Counted from the stretch's first letter, positions 9,038-17,621 are shown. The stretch is 28,814 nt of DNA from an uncultured Rickettsiales bacterium (GCA_963968305.1 CAXAGK010000001.1:1-28814), one strand, 5' to 3'. Notes: generated by a model not told the origin, from the sequence alone. Numbers and translations are program-made.

Positions 9038-10141
9038 TTACTGGACATTCAAACCATATAATTCAGACACGTTATCATGGAGAATGCGATCACATTCCCA
9101 TTCACTCATGTCGGCCGTATGTTCGGCCAACAGCGCCTGACTATTCGGCCATGTAGCGTCGCTATGGGGAAAATCATTCGCCCACATGAGGCGTTCCACA
9201 TTCATAAAGTCGCGTAATTGGAACGCCGTCCAGTCGTCTTGGAACGTCATATAGACGTTCTCTTTGAAATACTCGCTCGGGAGACGATCCAGCTCGTCGC
9301 ATTTCATCCAATATCGGTGATACTTGTACGCGTGGTCCATTCGATACATGAAGTGTGGTGCCCAACCGGCATCGGCTTCGACACAAACGAGTTTCAATTT
9401 CGGATGCCGCTCGAATACACCACCGAATATAAACGTGCCGATAATATCTTGGTTTCCTCGGATTATGGACTGAAATCCATTAATCTTCGGGCCGCGATAG
9501 GTACGCATTTCATCTTTTCCCGAAGTCAGGATGTGGAAACAGATTGGCATTCCCATATCAACAACCGCTTCGAAAAACGGATCATAATCGCGATGATGGT
9601 AATCCTCATGCCCAGGCTGACCAACGAGCATGACGCCCTTAAAGCCCATCTCCTTGGCCCGGCGAACTTCCTCAATACCGGAGGCAGGCGTTTCCATGGT
9701 AATCTGCGGCATCCCGAATAATCGGTTTGGTAGCCCTTCACAGAATTCCAGCAGCCAGCGGTTATACGCATCAAAGCAAGCGCGTTTATATCCAAAGTCC
9801 GGGTGATTGCTAAGCATCATGCCGACCGACGGATAAATTATTTCCGCCGCCACGCCGTCGCGGTCCTGATCGGCCGCCCGTGCTTTTGGATCCCAACCGC
9901 CACGGTGCAATTCATCAAACACAGCACCTTTGGTACTCAGTTCCGATGGCGCTTTTCCCGCCGCCGCGACGAGGCTCAAAGGAATCGCGATATCGATACC
10001 ATCGATGACATAGATTTCGCCGCGCTTCGGGTCGTCGACCACGTGTGGCGCGATGTCCTTATATTTCGCGTCGATATAATCAATGTAACAGTTGGGCGGC
10101 TCGGTGATGTGAGAATCCGCGGAAATCGGGCGCTTGGCCAT
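9038..10141 (-). CDS. Amidohydrolase_2 family metallo-hydrolase/decarboxylase
   Basis: 367 aa. ISADSHITEPP, DQDRDGVAAEIIYPS, AYNRWLLEFC, VFERHPKLKLVCVEADAGW and MWANDFPHSD motifs. RBS GGGAG. Confidence 0.92.
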   Translation of the reverse strand: MAKRPISADSHITEPPNCYIDYIDAKYKDIAPHVVDDPKRGEIYVIDGIDIAIPLSLVAAAGKAPSELSTKGAVFDELHRGGWDPKARAADQDRDGVAAEIIYPSVGMMLSNHPDFGYKRACFDAYNRWLLEFCEGLPNRLFGMPQITMETPASGIEEVRRAKEMGFKGVMLVGQPGHEDYHHRDYDPFFEAVVDMGMPICFHILTSGKDEMRTYRGPKINGFQSIIRGNQDIIGTFIFGGVFERHPKLKLVCVEADAGWAPHFMYRMDHAYKYHRYWMKCDELDRLPSEYFKENVYMTFQDDWTAFQLRDFMNVERLMWANDFPHSDATWPNSQALLAEHTADMSEWECDRILHDNVSELYGLNVQ

Positions 10142-10258
10142 GGTGTTTTTGCTCCCCTGTGAGAGTTTTGGCGTGTCAGAGCAGGAATTTAGAGCGGTTG
10201 CCCCAGAAGTCCGGCCCCATACCTATCTTTGGGAAGAGAAATTTTAGAGGACCTGAAA

Positions 10259-11020
10259 ATGCGGTTAAAAGATCGTGTCGCCATCGTCACTGGGGGTGGT
10301 AGCGGATTGGGCGCGGGAATCGCCAAAAGGTTCGCAGAAGAAGGTGCCAGTGTGGTCCTCGCAGATATCAACGGCGACAACGCGGAGACGGTTGCCGAGG
10401 AAATTCGCAAGGGTCAAACGAAGGCTATCGCGCATCAATTAGACGTCACGGATTACGACGCGGCAGGCGCGCTTGTCGCGCGCACGGTCGAAGAATTCGG
10501 CACCGTCGACATCCTAGTAAACAGCGCCGGCACCAGTAAGCATATGACTTTCCTGGATGCGGAACCGAGCGAATTCAAACAAATCATGGCGGTTAATCTG
10601 GAAGGCACCATGTATTGCGGCCAACATGCGGGCCGGGTCATGGTCGACAAAGGTTATGGCCGGATCGTCAATATCGCATCGATTTCAGGCGAACGCGCGG
10701 GAGTCGGGCGGACCGGCTACGGTGTTTCCAAGTTCGCGGTGATCGGATTGACCAAACAAATGGCGCTGGAACTCGGATCCCAAGGTGTCACCGTCAACGC
10801 TGTCGGCCCGGGGCCCGTGGATACACCGCTCACCGCGGTTGCCCACTCCGATGCCACTCGGCAGGCGTATCTGGATCTCATCCCTCTAGGCCGCTATGGC
10901 AAGGTCGAGGAGATGGCGGATGCGGCAACCTATCTTGCCGGCGAGCAGGCTGCTTACGTAAATGGACACATACTGTTCGTCGACGGCGGCTTCGTTTCTG
11001 TCGGCATCCAAAAAGAATAG
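10259..11020 (+). CDS. Classical short-chain dehydrogenase/reductase (SDR, FabG-like fold)
   Basis: TGGGSGLG, NSAG, catalytic S and YGVSK, and NAVGPG motifs. Start moved from the ORF track to ATG 10259 (MRLKDRVA) because AGAGGA lies 7 nt upstream. Confidence 0.92.
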   Translation: MRLKDRVAIVTGGGSGLGAGIAKRFAEEGASVVLADINGDNAETVAEEIRKGQTKAIAHQLDVTDYDAAGALVARTVEEFGTVDILVNSAGTSKHMTFLDAEPSEFKQIMAVNLEGTMYCGQHAGRVMVDKGYGRIVNIASISGERAGVGRTGYGVSKFAVIGLTKQMALELGSQGVTVNAVGPGPVDTPLTAVAHSDATRQAYLDLIPLGRYGKVEEMADAATYLAGEQAAYVNGHILFVDGGFVSVGIQKE

Positions 11021-11037
11021 CGATTGCCAGCATCATC

Positions 11038-11066
11038 AAAAGGCTCCATCGCCTGGACGGAGCCTT
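11038..11066 (-). terminator. Intrinsic terminator-like hairpin, minus-strand oriented
   Basis: Minus strand reads AAGGCTCC-GTC-CAGGC-GAT-GGAGCCTT-TT: an 11-bp stem with one G-U wobble (an A-C mismatch on the plus strand), followed by a short U run. Confidence 0.55.
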
Positions 11067-11131
11067 CCCTGTGTGGGCTTTTCTCAAGCCTCCCGATCAA
11101 AGACCGGGTGTGTTTTTGATAGCTCGAATAT

Positions 11132-11158
11132 TTAGCCCGTACTGTCCGTTGGAGCCAT
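11132..11158 (-). other. Micro-ORF MAPTDSTG with perfect Shine-Dalgarno (possible small-peptide gene or remnant)
   Basis: AAAGGAGG at 11174-11167, 8-nt spacer, ATG at 11158, TAA at 11134-11132. Confidence 0.3.
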
Positions 11159-11285
11159 TTTTGTAGCCTCCTTTCGGGAATTCAGGATCGAGATTTTTGG
11201 CGCCTCTTCTCTAACCCAACGGAACAATGATAACCGAAATTGGAATCATTTTCTATCTAGTATGTTGAGCGTAAGACATGGTGCG

Positions 11286-11312
11286 ATGGAGGTTTGACCT
11301 CGCCTCCTCCAT
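11286..11312. terminator. Stem-loop just downstream of the coxL-like gene
   Basis: ATGGAGG(11286-92) pairs with CCTCCAT(11306-12). An alternative GAGGT/ACCTC hairpin is possible. Lies 20 nt after the stop; no U tract. Confidence 0.35.
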
Positions 11313-11331
11313 GAATAAATTTCCTCAGCCA

Positions 11332-13683
11332 CTAAGCCTCGTTCAACACTTTCCATATCCGCTCCGACGTTGCGGGCATATCGATATGATCGATGCCCTT
11401 CTCACGGTTCAGCGCGTCGACAATGGCGTTCATCACCGCCGGCAGTGCGCCGGTGGTCCCCGCCTCACCGCAGCCTTTCGCACCGAGTGGATTGGTCGTT
11501 GCGGGGACCGGATGTGAACCGAATTCGAAATGCGGGACATTATCCGCGCGCGGCATTGTATAATCCATGTAGGAACCGGCGATAAGCTGACCCGCGTCGT
11601 CATAGACTGTATTCTCCATCAGCGCTTGCCCCATACCTTGAACCACGCCGCCGTGAACTTGTCCTTCAACCAGCATCGGATTGATTAAAGTGCCGAAATC
11701 ATCCACCACCGAATAACGGACGACTTCGACTTCACCGGTATCTGGTTCGATTTCTATTTCCGCTACATGGCAGCCGTTCGGAAAGGCCGACGGCGGCGTT
11801 TCTTCCTTTAGCAGGGCGTCCAACCCTTGCGGCAAATCTTCCGGAAGCGTCCCTTTCGATTTCATCGATCGCACTTCTTCAGACAACGACATGATGTCAA
11901 TCGAGCGATCGGTTCCAGCAATCCGGAAAGTTCCTTTCTCGAACTCGATATCCGCCTCCGATGCTTCCAAGACATGCGCCGAGAGCTTGCGGCCATTCTC
12001 GATCACCATCTCCGAGGCGTGCACCAGTAAAGTTCCCGCCGCGATGACTGTTTTCGAGCCTCCGGTCCCTCCACCCGCGATCAGTTGATCGCTATCTCCT
12101 TGAATGAGGTCCAAGCGATCGAAAGAGATGCCGGTTGCCGTGTGGACTATCTGCGCAAACGTGGAATGGTGGCCTTGGCCGTAATTGAGCGACCCGGATA
12201 CCATTGTCACGGACCCGTCGTCGTTGAAGCGAAGTTCTCCCATCTCGGTTGCTTGCGGTCCGGTCACCTCGAGATAGGCAGCCAGACCCAAGCCTCTAAT
12301 CTTTCCCCGTGCTTCGGACTCCGCTCGTCGGATGTCAAAACCATCCCAATCGGCAGCCTTTAATCCAGATTCGAAAACGGCCGGAAAATCGCCGGAATCA
12401 TAAGTCAGCTCAGAGACCGCATCGAAGGGAATTTCCGCCGGCGTAATCATATTGCGGCGACGAATCTCACGCCGGTCGAGCCCCAACTCGCGGGCCGCAG
12501 TATCCATCATGCGCTCGACATAATAGGCACCTTCCGGACGACCCGCCCCCCGATAAGCGCCAATCGGCGTCGTGTTCGTGAACCGCGCGAAAGTATGCGC
12601 ATGGAACTTTGTAATGCGATAGACACCCGGGAAATTTCGCGCGACGTTTCGCGTGTGCATCGACGGGCCTACGCCCGTGAGATAGGCCCCTACATTGCAC
12701 TGCACTTCAACCCGGCCAGCCAAAATATGACCCTCCGCATCGAACGCTAGCGTAGCCTCGGCCCAACTGTCGCGGCCATGCTGATCGGACACCATGCTGC
12801 CGCTGCGGTCGTCGCACCACTTGACCGGCCGGCCGAGTTCCTTCGCCGCCAAGAACAATGGTGGGTATTCCGGATAGGGCGCTCCCTTCATGCCGAACGA
12901 TCCGCCGACATCATTGGTGAAGACATGCATCTTCTCGCGTTCCACACCCATGACATTGGCAAGACCACCGGTCAGCCCAAACACCCCTTGGCTCGGTGCA
13001 TGCAAAGTGTAGCGGTCTGTCGCCGGATCGAATTCGGCAATCGCCGCGCGCGGCTCCATCGCGGAGACATGAACTCGGTTGTTCCGCAGGCGTAATTTCG
13101 TCACGTGGTGGGCAGCCGCGATCGCCGCCTCCACCGCCGGGCAATCGCCATACTCCCAATCAAGACAGGTGTTCTTCGCAGCTTCATCGTGCAGCAAGGG
13201 CGCACTCTCTTCGGCGGCGGTGACACAATCGGTCACGCTCCCCAATTCCTCGACCTCAAGCTCGATCAGTTCCGAGGCATCTCGCGCTTGGCTTAATGTC
13301 TCGGCAACCACCATGGCCACGGCTTCGCCCATAAAGCGAATTCGATCGACAGCCAACGACGGGCGCGGCGGTTTGATCATCGGCGAGCCGTCCCGGTTTT
13401 TAACCGGCAAGGCGCAAGGAAGCGGTTTTACGCCTGCGCTTTCCAATTCGGCGGCCGTCATAATGGTCAGGACACCGGGCGCGTTTTTGGCCGCACTTAC
13501 ATCGAGACACGTGATTTTCGCGTGCGCATACGGCGACCGGAAGACATAGGCATAAGCCTGCCGATCCAAATTTATATCATCGGTAAACTTGCCCAGCCCC
13601 TGCAATAAACGGGGGTCTTCCGCGCGTGTGACGGATTGGCCGATAGCATATTTTTCAAACGAATCATCTAAAGCTGCAGACAA
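11332..13683 (-). CDS. Xanthine dehydrogenase family molybdopterin-binding subunit (form II CoxL-like)
   Basis: 783 aa. IGQSVTRAED...G-GKFTDD, VGGSFGMK, AYRGAGRPE active-site loop, GQGH, EGQVHGG and GAKGCGEAG motifs. TTG start with AAGGAG RBS. Confidence 0.93.
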   Translation of the reverse strand: MSAALDDSFEKYAIGQSVTRAEDPRLLQGLGKFTDDINLDRQAYAYVFRSPYAHAKITCLDVSAAKNAPGVLTIMTAAELESAGVKPLPCALPVKNRDGSPMIKPPRPSLAVDRIRFMGEAVAMVVAETLSQARDASELIELEVEELGSVTDCVTAAEESAPLLHDEAAKNTCLDWEYGDCPAVEAAIAAAHHVTKLRLRNNRVHVSAMEPRAAIAEFDPATDRYTLHAPSQGVFGLTGGLANVMGVEREKMHVFTNDVGGSFGMKGAPYPEYPPLFLAAKELGRPVKWCDDRSGSMVSDQHGRDSWAEATLAFDAEGHILAGRVEVQCNVGAYLTGVGPSMHTRNVARNFPGVYRITKFHAHTFARFTNTTPIGAYRGAGRPEGAYYVERMMDTAARELGLDRREIRRRNMITPAEIPFDAVSELTYDSGDFPAVFESGLKAADWDGFDIRRAESEARGKIRGLGLAAYLEVTGPQATEMGELRFNDDGSVTMVSGSLNYGQGHHSTFAQIVHTATGISFDRLDLIQGDSDQLIAGGGTGGSKTVIAAGTLLVHASEMVIENGRKLSAHVLEASEADIEFEKGTFRIAGTDRSIDIMSLSEEVRSMKSKGTLPEDLPQGLDALLKEETPPSAFPNGCHVAEIEIEPDTGEVEVVRYSVVDDFGTLINPMLVEGQVHGGVVQGMGQALMENTVYDDAGQLIAGSYMDYTMPRADNVPHFEFGSHPVPATTNPLGAKGCGEAGTTGALPAVMNAIVDALNREKGIDHIDMPATSERIWKVLNEA

Positions 13684-13821
13684 ATTTTGTGCTCCTTGAG
13701 GGCAAGTGCCGATTCTTAGCGCTGAGTTTCACAAATTAGTCAATGACATACGATTTGCCACAGCTACATTCCAACTCCATTTAATTTACATCTACCTTAT
13801 CAAGAGCTTTAGGATATGGCG

Positions 13822-14673
13822 ATGGCTAGCAAACTCACACCGCAACAAATCGAAACCTACCGTCGGGAAGGCTATTGTTTCCCCGTCGATGGTATCAGCC
13901 GCGAGCATGCGGCGGCGGCGCGCGCTGATTTAGAAGCGTACGAGGTGAAGTTAGGCGCTCCATTAACGGCGGCCGGCCGCGAGGAACGCTACAAATTGCA
14001 TGTCCGCTTGCCTTGGGCTTGCGACATCGCTCGCCATCCTGCCATTCTCGACGCAGTCGAAGATATCATCGGTCCCGATATCCTGGTTTGGACGAGTACG
14101 TTCTTCATAAAAGAGCCAGAAACATCAGCGATTACGATGTGGCATCAAGACGCCACTTATTTTGGATTGCGGCCGCATGACCACATCACTGCTTGGGTCG
14201 CGCTCAGCGATGCATCAGAATCATCTGGTTGCATGGAATTCGTGCCCGAAGACGGAGCCGCCCGGCTCTATCAGCACAAAGCCAACGCCGACCCGAACAG
14301 TATCAATGGCGGAGGACAAACCATTTCGGAACGGTTCGACAAAGGACACACCGTGCGCGGTCGACTGAAAATGGGTGAATTCTCATTGCATCACACGCTC
14401 TGCATTCACAGCTCACCTCCGAACGCTTCAAAAGACCGTCGGATCGGATACGGGATCAGCTACGTACCGGCGGCCGTTTGTCACATCGGCACCACGCCAC
14501 AGCGCGCGATGTTGGTGCGCGGCGAGGACCGGTATGGTAACTTCGTCCATGAACCGTTTCCCACCGGTGACGATGAGCGGGATGCGCTAGAACTCGCAAA
14601 AAGCCGGTTGAGTTACAATTTCGGCTATGCTGAACAAATTGAATGGCATGCTCAGGGTCGGTGGGACAACTAG
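13822..14673 (+). CDS. Phytanoyl-CoA dioxygenase (PhyH) family Fe(II)/2OG dioxygenase
   Basis: WHQD facial-triad motif, TAWVALSDA..SGCM, distal His (HHTLCIHSSPPN) and DRRIG Arg. ATG 13822 is better spaced from AGGA than ATG 13816. Confidence 0.9.
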   Translation: MASKLTPQQIETYRREGYCFPVDGISREHAAAARADLEAYEVKLGAPLTAAGREERYKLHVRLPWACDIARHPAILDAVEDIIGPDILVWTSTFFIKEPETSAITMWHQDATYFGLRPHDHITAWVALSDASESSGCMEFVPEDGAARLYQHKANADPNSINGGGQTISERFDKGHTVRGRLKMGEFSLHHTLCIHSSPPNASKDRRIGYGISYVPAAVCHIGTTPQRAMLVRGEDRYGNFVHEPFPTGDDERDALELAKSRLSYNFGYAEQIEWHAQGRWDN

Positions 14674-14724
14674 AGCATTTTCAGTCCAATATTAGTTAGC
14701 GCCGCACGGGCACGATTGCCGCGG

Positions 14725-14937
14725 TCATCCTCTTAACATGGGACAAACGAAGTATATCCGTCCCCTTTCGAGAATTTGCTGTTCGTCATAGTTTGATTCC
14801 GTTGCATAGAAACATAACGCTTCCAGCAACGACCGCATTTGTCTTGCGGTCTCGGATGGTTTCAGAGTGCCGGCCCCAACAGCTCCGATAAAGCGATCGA
14901 CTTCCTCGACCACTTTCCTATCGTCGGCTCTTCTCAT
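14725..14937 (-). CDS. Small hypothetical protein (70 aa)
   Basis: GGAGG RBS 8 nt before ATG 14937. MRRADDRKVVEEVDRFIGAV...CPMLRG fills an otherwise empty gap. No family recognised. Confidence 0.5.
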   Translation of the reverse strand: MRRADDRKVVEEVDRFIGAVGAGTLKPSETARQMRSLLEALCFYATESNYDEQQILERGRIYFVCPMLRG

Positions 14938-15092
14938 TAAAATTCCCTCCATACGCCCACCACCTGCATTCTGCGGAGCGGACTTATTATAGGGTCGCAG
15001 TCTAGGCACAAAGCCCCACAATCGGATGTGACTATTTTCACAGCCAATTAAGGCATTTTTTGCTTATATTTCGTATATAAGGCAAACCCACA

Positions 15093-15404
15093 CTATTTAT
15101 GGCCGGGATTAGCCTCCTTGAAATTATCAATCTGATCGGCGGAGGCTTCTGTTTGGTGCTTCGCCTTCCAATCGCTATAGGGCATGCCATAGACGATTTC
15201 GCGCGCCTCTTCATACTCAAGTTCGAGGCCCTTTTCTTTCGCGGCGGCCGTATACCATTTCGACAGGCAATTGCGGCAGAACCCCGAAAGATTCATCAAA
15301 TCGATATTCTGAACATCGGTCCGGTCGCGCAAATGCGCCACCAAGGTGCGGAACGCCGCAGCCTCAAGCTCGGTCTGTGTCTTCTCGTCGATTTCCTTGG
15401 CCAT
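15093..15404 (-). CDS. DUF1244 family protein
   Basis: ELEAAAFRTLVAHLR-RTDVQNIDLMNLSGFCRNCLSKWY and REIVYGMPYSDWKAKHQTEAS are family signatures. Confidence 0.92.
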   Translation of the reverse strand: MAKEIDEKTQTELEAAAFRTLVAHLRDRTDVQNIDLMNLSGFCRNCLSKWYTAAAKEKGLELEYEEAREIVYGMPYSDWKAKHQTEASADQIDNFKEANPGHK

Positions 15405-15529
15405 CTTCATCCCCTATGTTCGGAAAAAGCCCCCGCTTTTCATTTGGGCATCTATATGCCGATTGGCAATGCTAGTATCCCTTCAACATATGATTTCCGT
15501 GCTCTGACCAATTTACCGAGGCTGGAGAA

Positions 15530-16582
15530 ATGACTGTAGTCGCACCAAATTCTATAACTGGGCCATCCATCTGGTCGGCAGAAGAAATGAGCCACACAGA
15601 CGATTGGATCGTGCATTTATCAGCGGAAGGCGTGACCGAAATCAAAGACGCTCTTGATGTAGTGAAGCGCAACCAAAAAACGGGATATGCGATTGAGCAA
15701 ACAGATTTTCCGCTGCCGCATTTGTCTCGCAGCATCGATTCTTGGACCGATGAAATAGAAAATGGCCGTGGCTTTTTAGTCGTTCGCGGATTTCCGGTCG
15801 AAATGTCTGGTGAAGCTTCTCTTTACGACGCCTACTGGGGGCTCGGCCGATATTTGGGAGAAGCGATCATACAAAATTATGAAGGCCGCCGCATTAACGA
15901 GGTCCAGAGCCGAGGTCATAGTTATGACGCGGTCAATATTCGTGCCTACGCCACGTCGTCGCATTTGGGATTTCACAACGACCCTAGCGATCTGACATGT
16001 CTGCTCTGCGTCCGTCAGGCAAAATCCGGCGGCCTAAGCCGAATTGCCAGCGCTGCCGCGATTTACAACGATATCTTTGTAAATCATCCGGAATTCCTCG
16101 CCCCACTTTGTAGAGGCTTCCACCACGACGTGCGCGGAGAAGGTCCGACCGGAAAGTTTGACGAGGTCACGGATATTGCAATTCCGGTCTTCAGCTATTT
16201 CGCGGGAAAGCTGAGCTGTTGTCTCAACTCCAAGGCCATCGCCACGGCGCAGGAAAAAATAGGAGGAACATTATCATCATTGGAGAGAGAAGCCCTCGCC
16301 TATATCGAAGAGCGGGCAATGGCGCCGGATATTCGGTTCGAATTCATGCTAGAGCCGGGCGATATTCTGATGATGAATAACTATACGGTTTTGCACGCCC
16401 GGACCGCCTTCGAAGATTGGGAGACACCAGAACGCCAACGATTGCTTCTCAGATTATGGCTCAATCTTTATTCCGGCCGCCCTTTAGCGGAGAATTTCAC
16501 GGGAAGATTCAATACGGGACATCGAGGTGGCGCGGTCATCCACAATCACACTGACGCAGACCTGCTGGCAGCAGAACAATAA
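15530..16582 (+). CDS. TauD/TfdA (clavaminate synthase-like) Fe(II)/2OG dioxygenase
   Basis: 350 aa. GRGFLVVRGFP, GFHNDPSD (HxD), LLCVRQAKSGG, LEPGDILMMNNYTVLHAR and RLLLRLWL motifs. RBS GGAG. Confidence 0.9.
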   Translation: MTVVAPNSITGPSIWSAEEMSHTDDWIVHLSAEGVTEIKDALDVVKRNQKTGYAIEQTDFPLPHLSRSIDSWTDEIENGRGFLVVRGFPVEMSGEASLYDAYWGLGRYLGEAIIQNYEGRRINEVQSRGHSYDAVNIRAYATSSHLGFHNDPSDLTCLLCVRQAKSGGLSRIASAAAIYNDIFVNHPEFLAPLCRGFHHDVRGEGPTGKFDEVTDIAIPVFSYFAGKLSCCLNSKAIATAQEKIGGTLSSLEREALAYIEERAMAPDIRFEFMLEPGDILMMNNYTVLHARTAFEDWETPERQRLLLRLWLNLYSGRPLAENFTGRFNTGHRGGAVIHNHTDADLLAAEQ

Positions 16583-16587
16583 TCCGC

Positions 16588-17448
16588 TCAAGCGGGGACA
16601 GCAGGAATTCCGCTGGAAATCGTCGTCCGCTGCATGAGACGACGATGATTTTTCGCATCGTAAGGGGTCGCTCGGTGCAAGACGGCTTGGTTGTCCCACA
16701 CCACCACATCATGGTCGTGCCAGTCGTGGCGGTAAATTTTATCGGGAGCGGCCACACGCGTGAGGAGATCGTCCAGTAGCACCCGGCCCTTCGCCTCCGG
16801 TCTGCCAATAACGGATTTCGCATGGGCGCCGATCATCAGCGAGCGCCGTCCGTTCCCCCCGTTAGTTCGCACCAAAGCATGCTGGACAGCCGGAAACATC
16901 GCGGCTTCGTCCTCAGACATAGTGAAGCCGACAGTCCCGCGCGAAAAAACGAAATCATGCTCGATCGTCAGGTCCTCGAACGTCGACTTCTCATCATCCG
17001 TCAGCTCATCATACGCGACACGGGTAGAGGCAAACTCAGTCGCACCACCGGCCGGCGGTATTTCTCGTGCCGAGAGGACAGAGCAAAGCGACGGCACCGC
17101 CTTAAACGTGCTATCCGAGTGCCACAGCATATTTGCTTTCTGATAGAACATCCGCCGATCATCTGCCGGAATCGCCTCGCCAGTCTTGATATCGAGGTTG
17201 GATTGACGCGCAAATGCAGTGCCTGACCCCGGATTGAGCGCCCGCGTCCCTTCCAGGATCCCGAACCGCTCGCTGAAGGCGATTTGTTGCGCGTCGTCCA
17301 TCGGCTGGTTCGGAAAGACCAAGACCGAGTATTCATCAAACGCCGCTCTAATTTCGCCGAACCCCGTATCGCCAAGGTCACGGGTAATATCCACACCCGT
17401 GACCTCTGCACCGAAATGAGGGGTGAGTGGTTTGAGCGCTATTGCCAT
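16588..17448 (-). CDS. TfdA/SdpA-like Fe(II)/2OG dioxygenase (TauD family)
   Basis: 286 aa. LTPHFGAEVTGVD, NMLWHSDSTF (HxD), GGATEFA, WDNQAVLHRA and RRLMQRTT motifs. RBS GGGAGG. Confidence 0.92.
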   Translation of the reverse strand: MAIALKPLTPHFGAEVTGVDITRDLGDTGFGEIRAAFDEYSVLVFPNQPMDDAQQIAFSERFGILEGTRALNPGSGTAFARQSNLDIKTGEAIPADDRRMFYQKANMLWHSDSTFKAVPSLCSVLSAREIPPAGGATEFASTRVAYDELTDDEKSTFEDLTIEHDFVFSRGTVGFTMSEDEAAMFPAVQHALVRTNGGNGRRSLMIGAHAKSVIGRPEAKGRVLLDDLLTRVAAPDKIYRHDWHDHDVVVWDNQAVLHRATPYDAKNHRRLMQRTTISSGIPAVPA

Positions 17449-17459
17449 GCCGCCCTCCC

Positions 17460-17621
17460 TTACCCAGCCGCTTGCTGGTGCCGCGCGTCGATACCCTTGA
17501 GCATATTCAGCAATTGGATATCGGCGCCGAAGTTGGCCTTACACATAACTTTTTTGGCCCCACCGGAACGAATCGTATTCTTACCTACCCAACGAAAATA
17601 GGTTTTCTGATCAGGGGACAT
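17460..17621 (-). CDS. Small ORF (53 aa), below the ORF-track cutoff, immediately upstream of the TfdA-like gene
   Basis: Hand translation: MSPDQKTYFRWVGKNTIRSGGAKKVMCKANFGADIQLLNMLKGIDARHQQAAG*. The stop TAA is followed directly by the RBS GGGAGG of the next gene. Confidence 0.4.
   Translation of the reverse strand: MSPDQKTYFRWVGKNTIRSGGAKKVMCKANFGADIQLLNMLKGIDARHQQAAG

Noticed and set aside
10878-11087. Minus ORF with a lipoprotein-signal-like start (MRKAHTGK...LAIAILFGC)
   Set aside because: Mostly antisense to the SDR, runs through the terminator hairpin, has a TTG start, and the remainder is low-complexity basic sequence; probably chance.
11227-11268. 13-aa hydrophobic micro-ORF (MITEIGIIFYLVC) as a type I toxin
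   Set aside because: Too short, the GGA is only 3 nt from the ATG, and there is no clear antitoxin arrangement.
11332-13683. Bona fide aerobic CO dehydrogenase (form I CoxL)
   Set aside because: It has AYRGAGR rather than AYXCSFR, so it lacks the Cu-binding Cys, and there are no coxMS or accessory genes.
13822-14673. PhyH-type enzyme as a non-haem halogenase
   Set aside because: It retains the HxD carboxylate ligand (WHQD); halogenases have HxA/HxG.
15060-15085. AT-rich hairpin after DUF1244 as a terminator
   Set aside because: The stem is weak and bulged, with no U tract on the transcribed strand.
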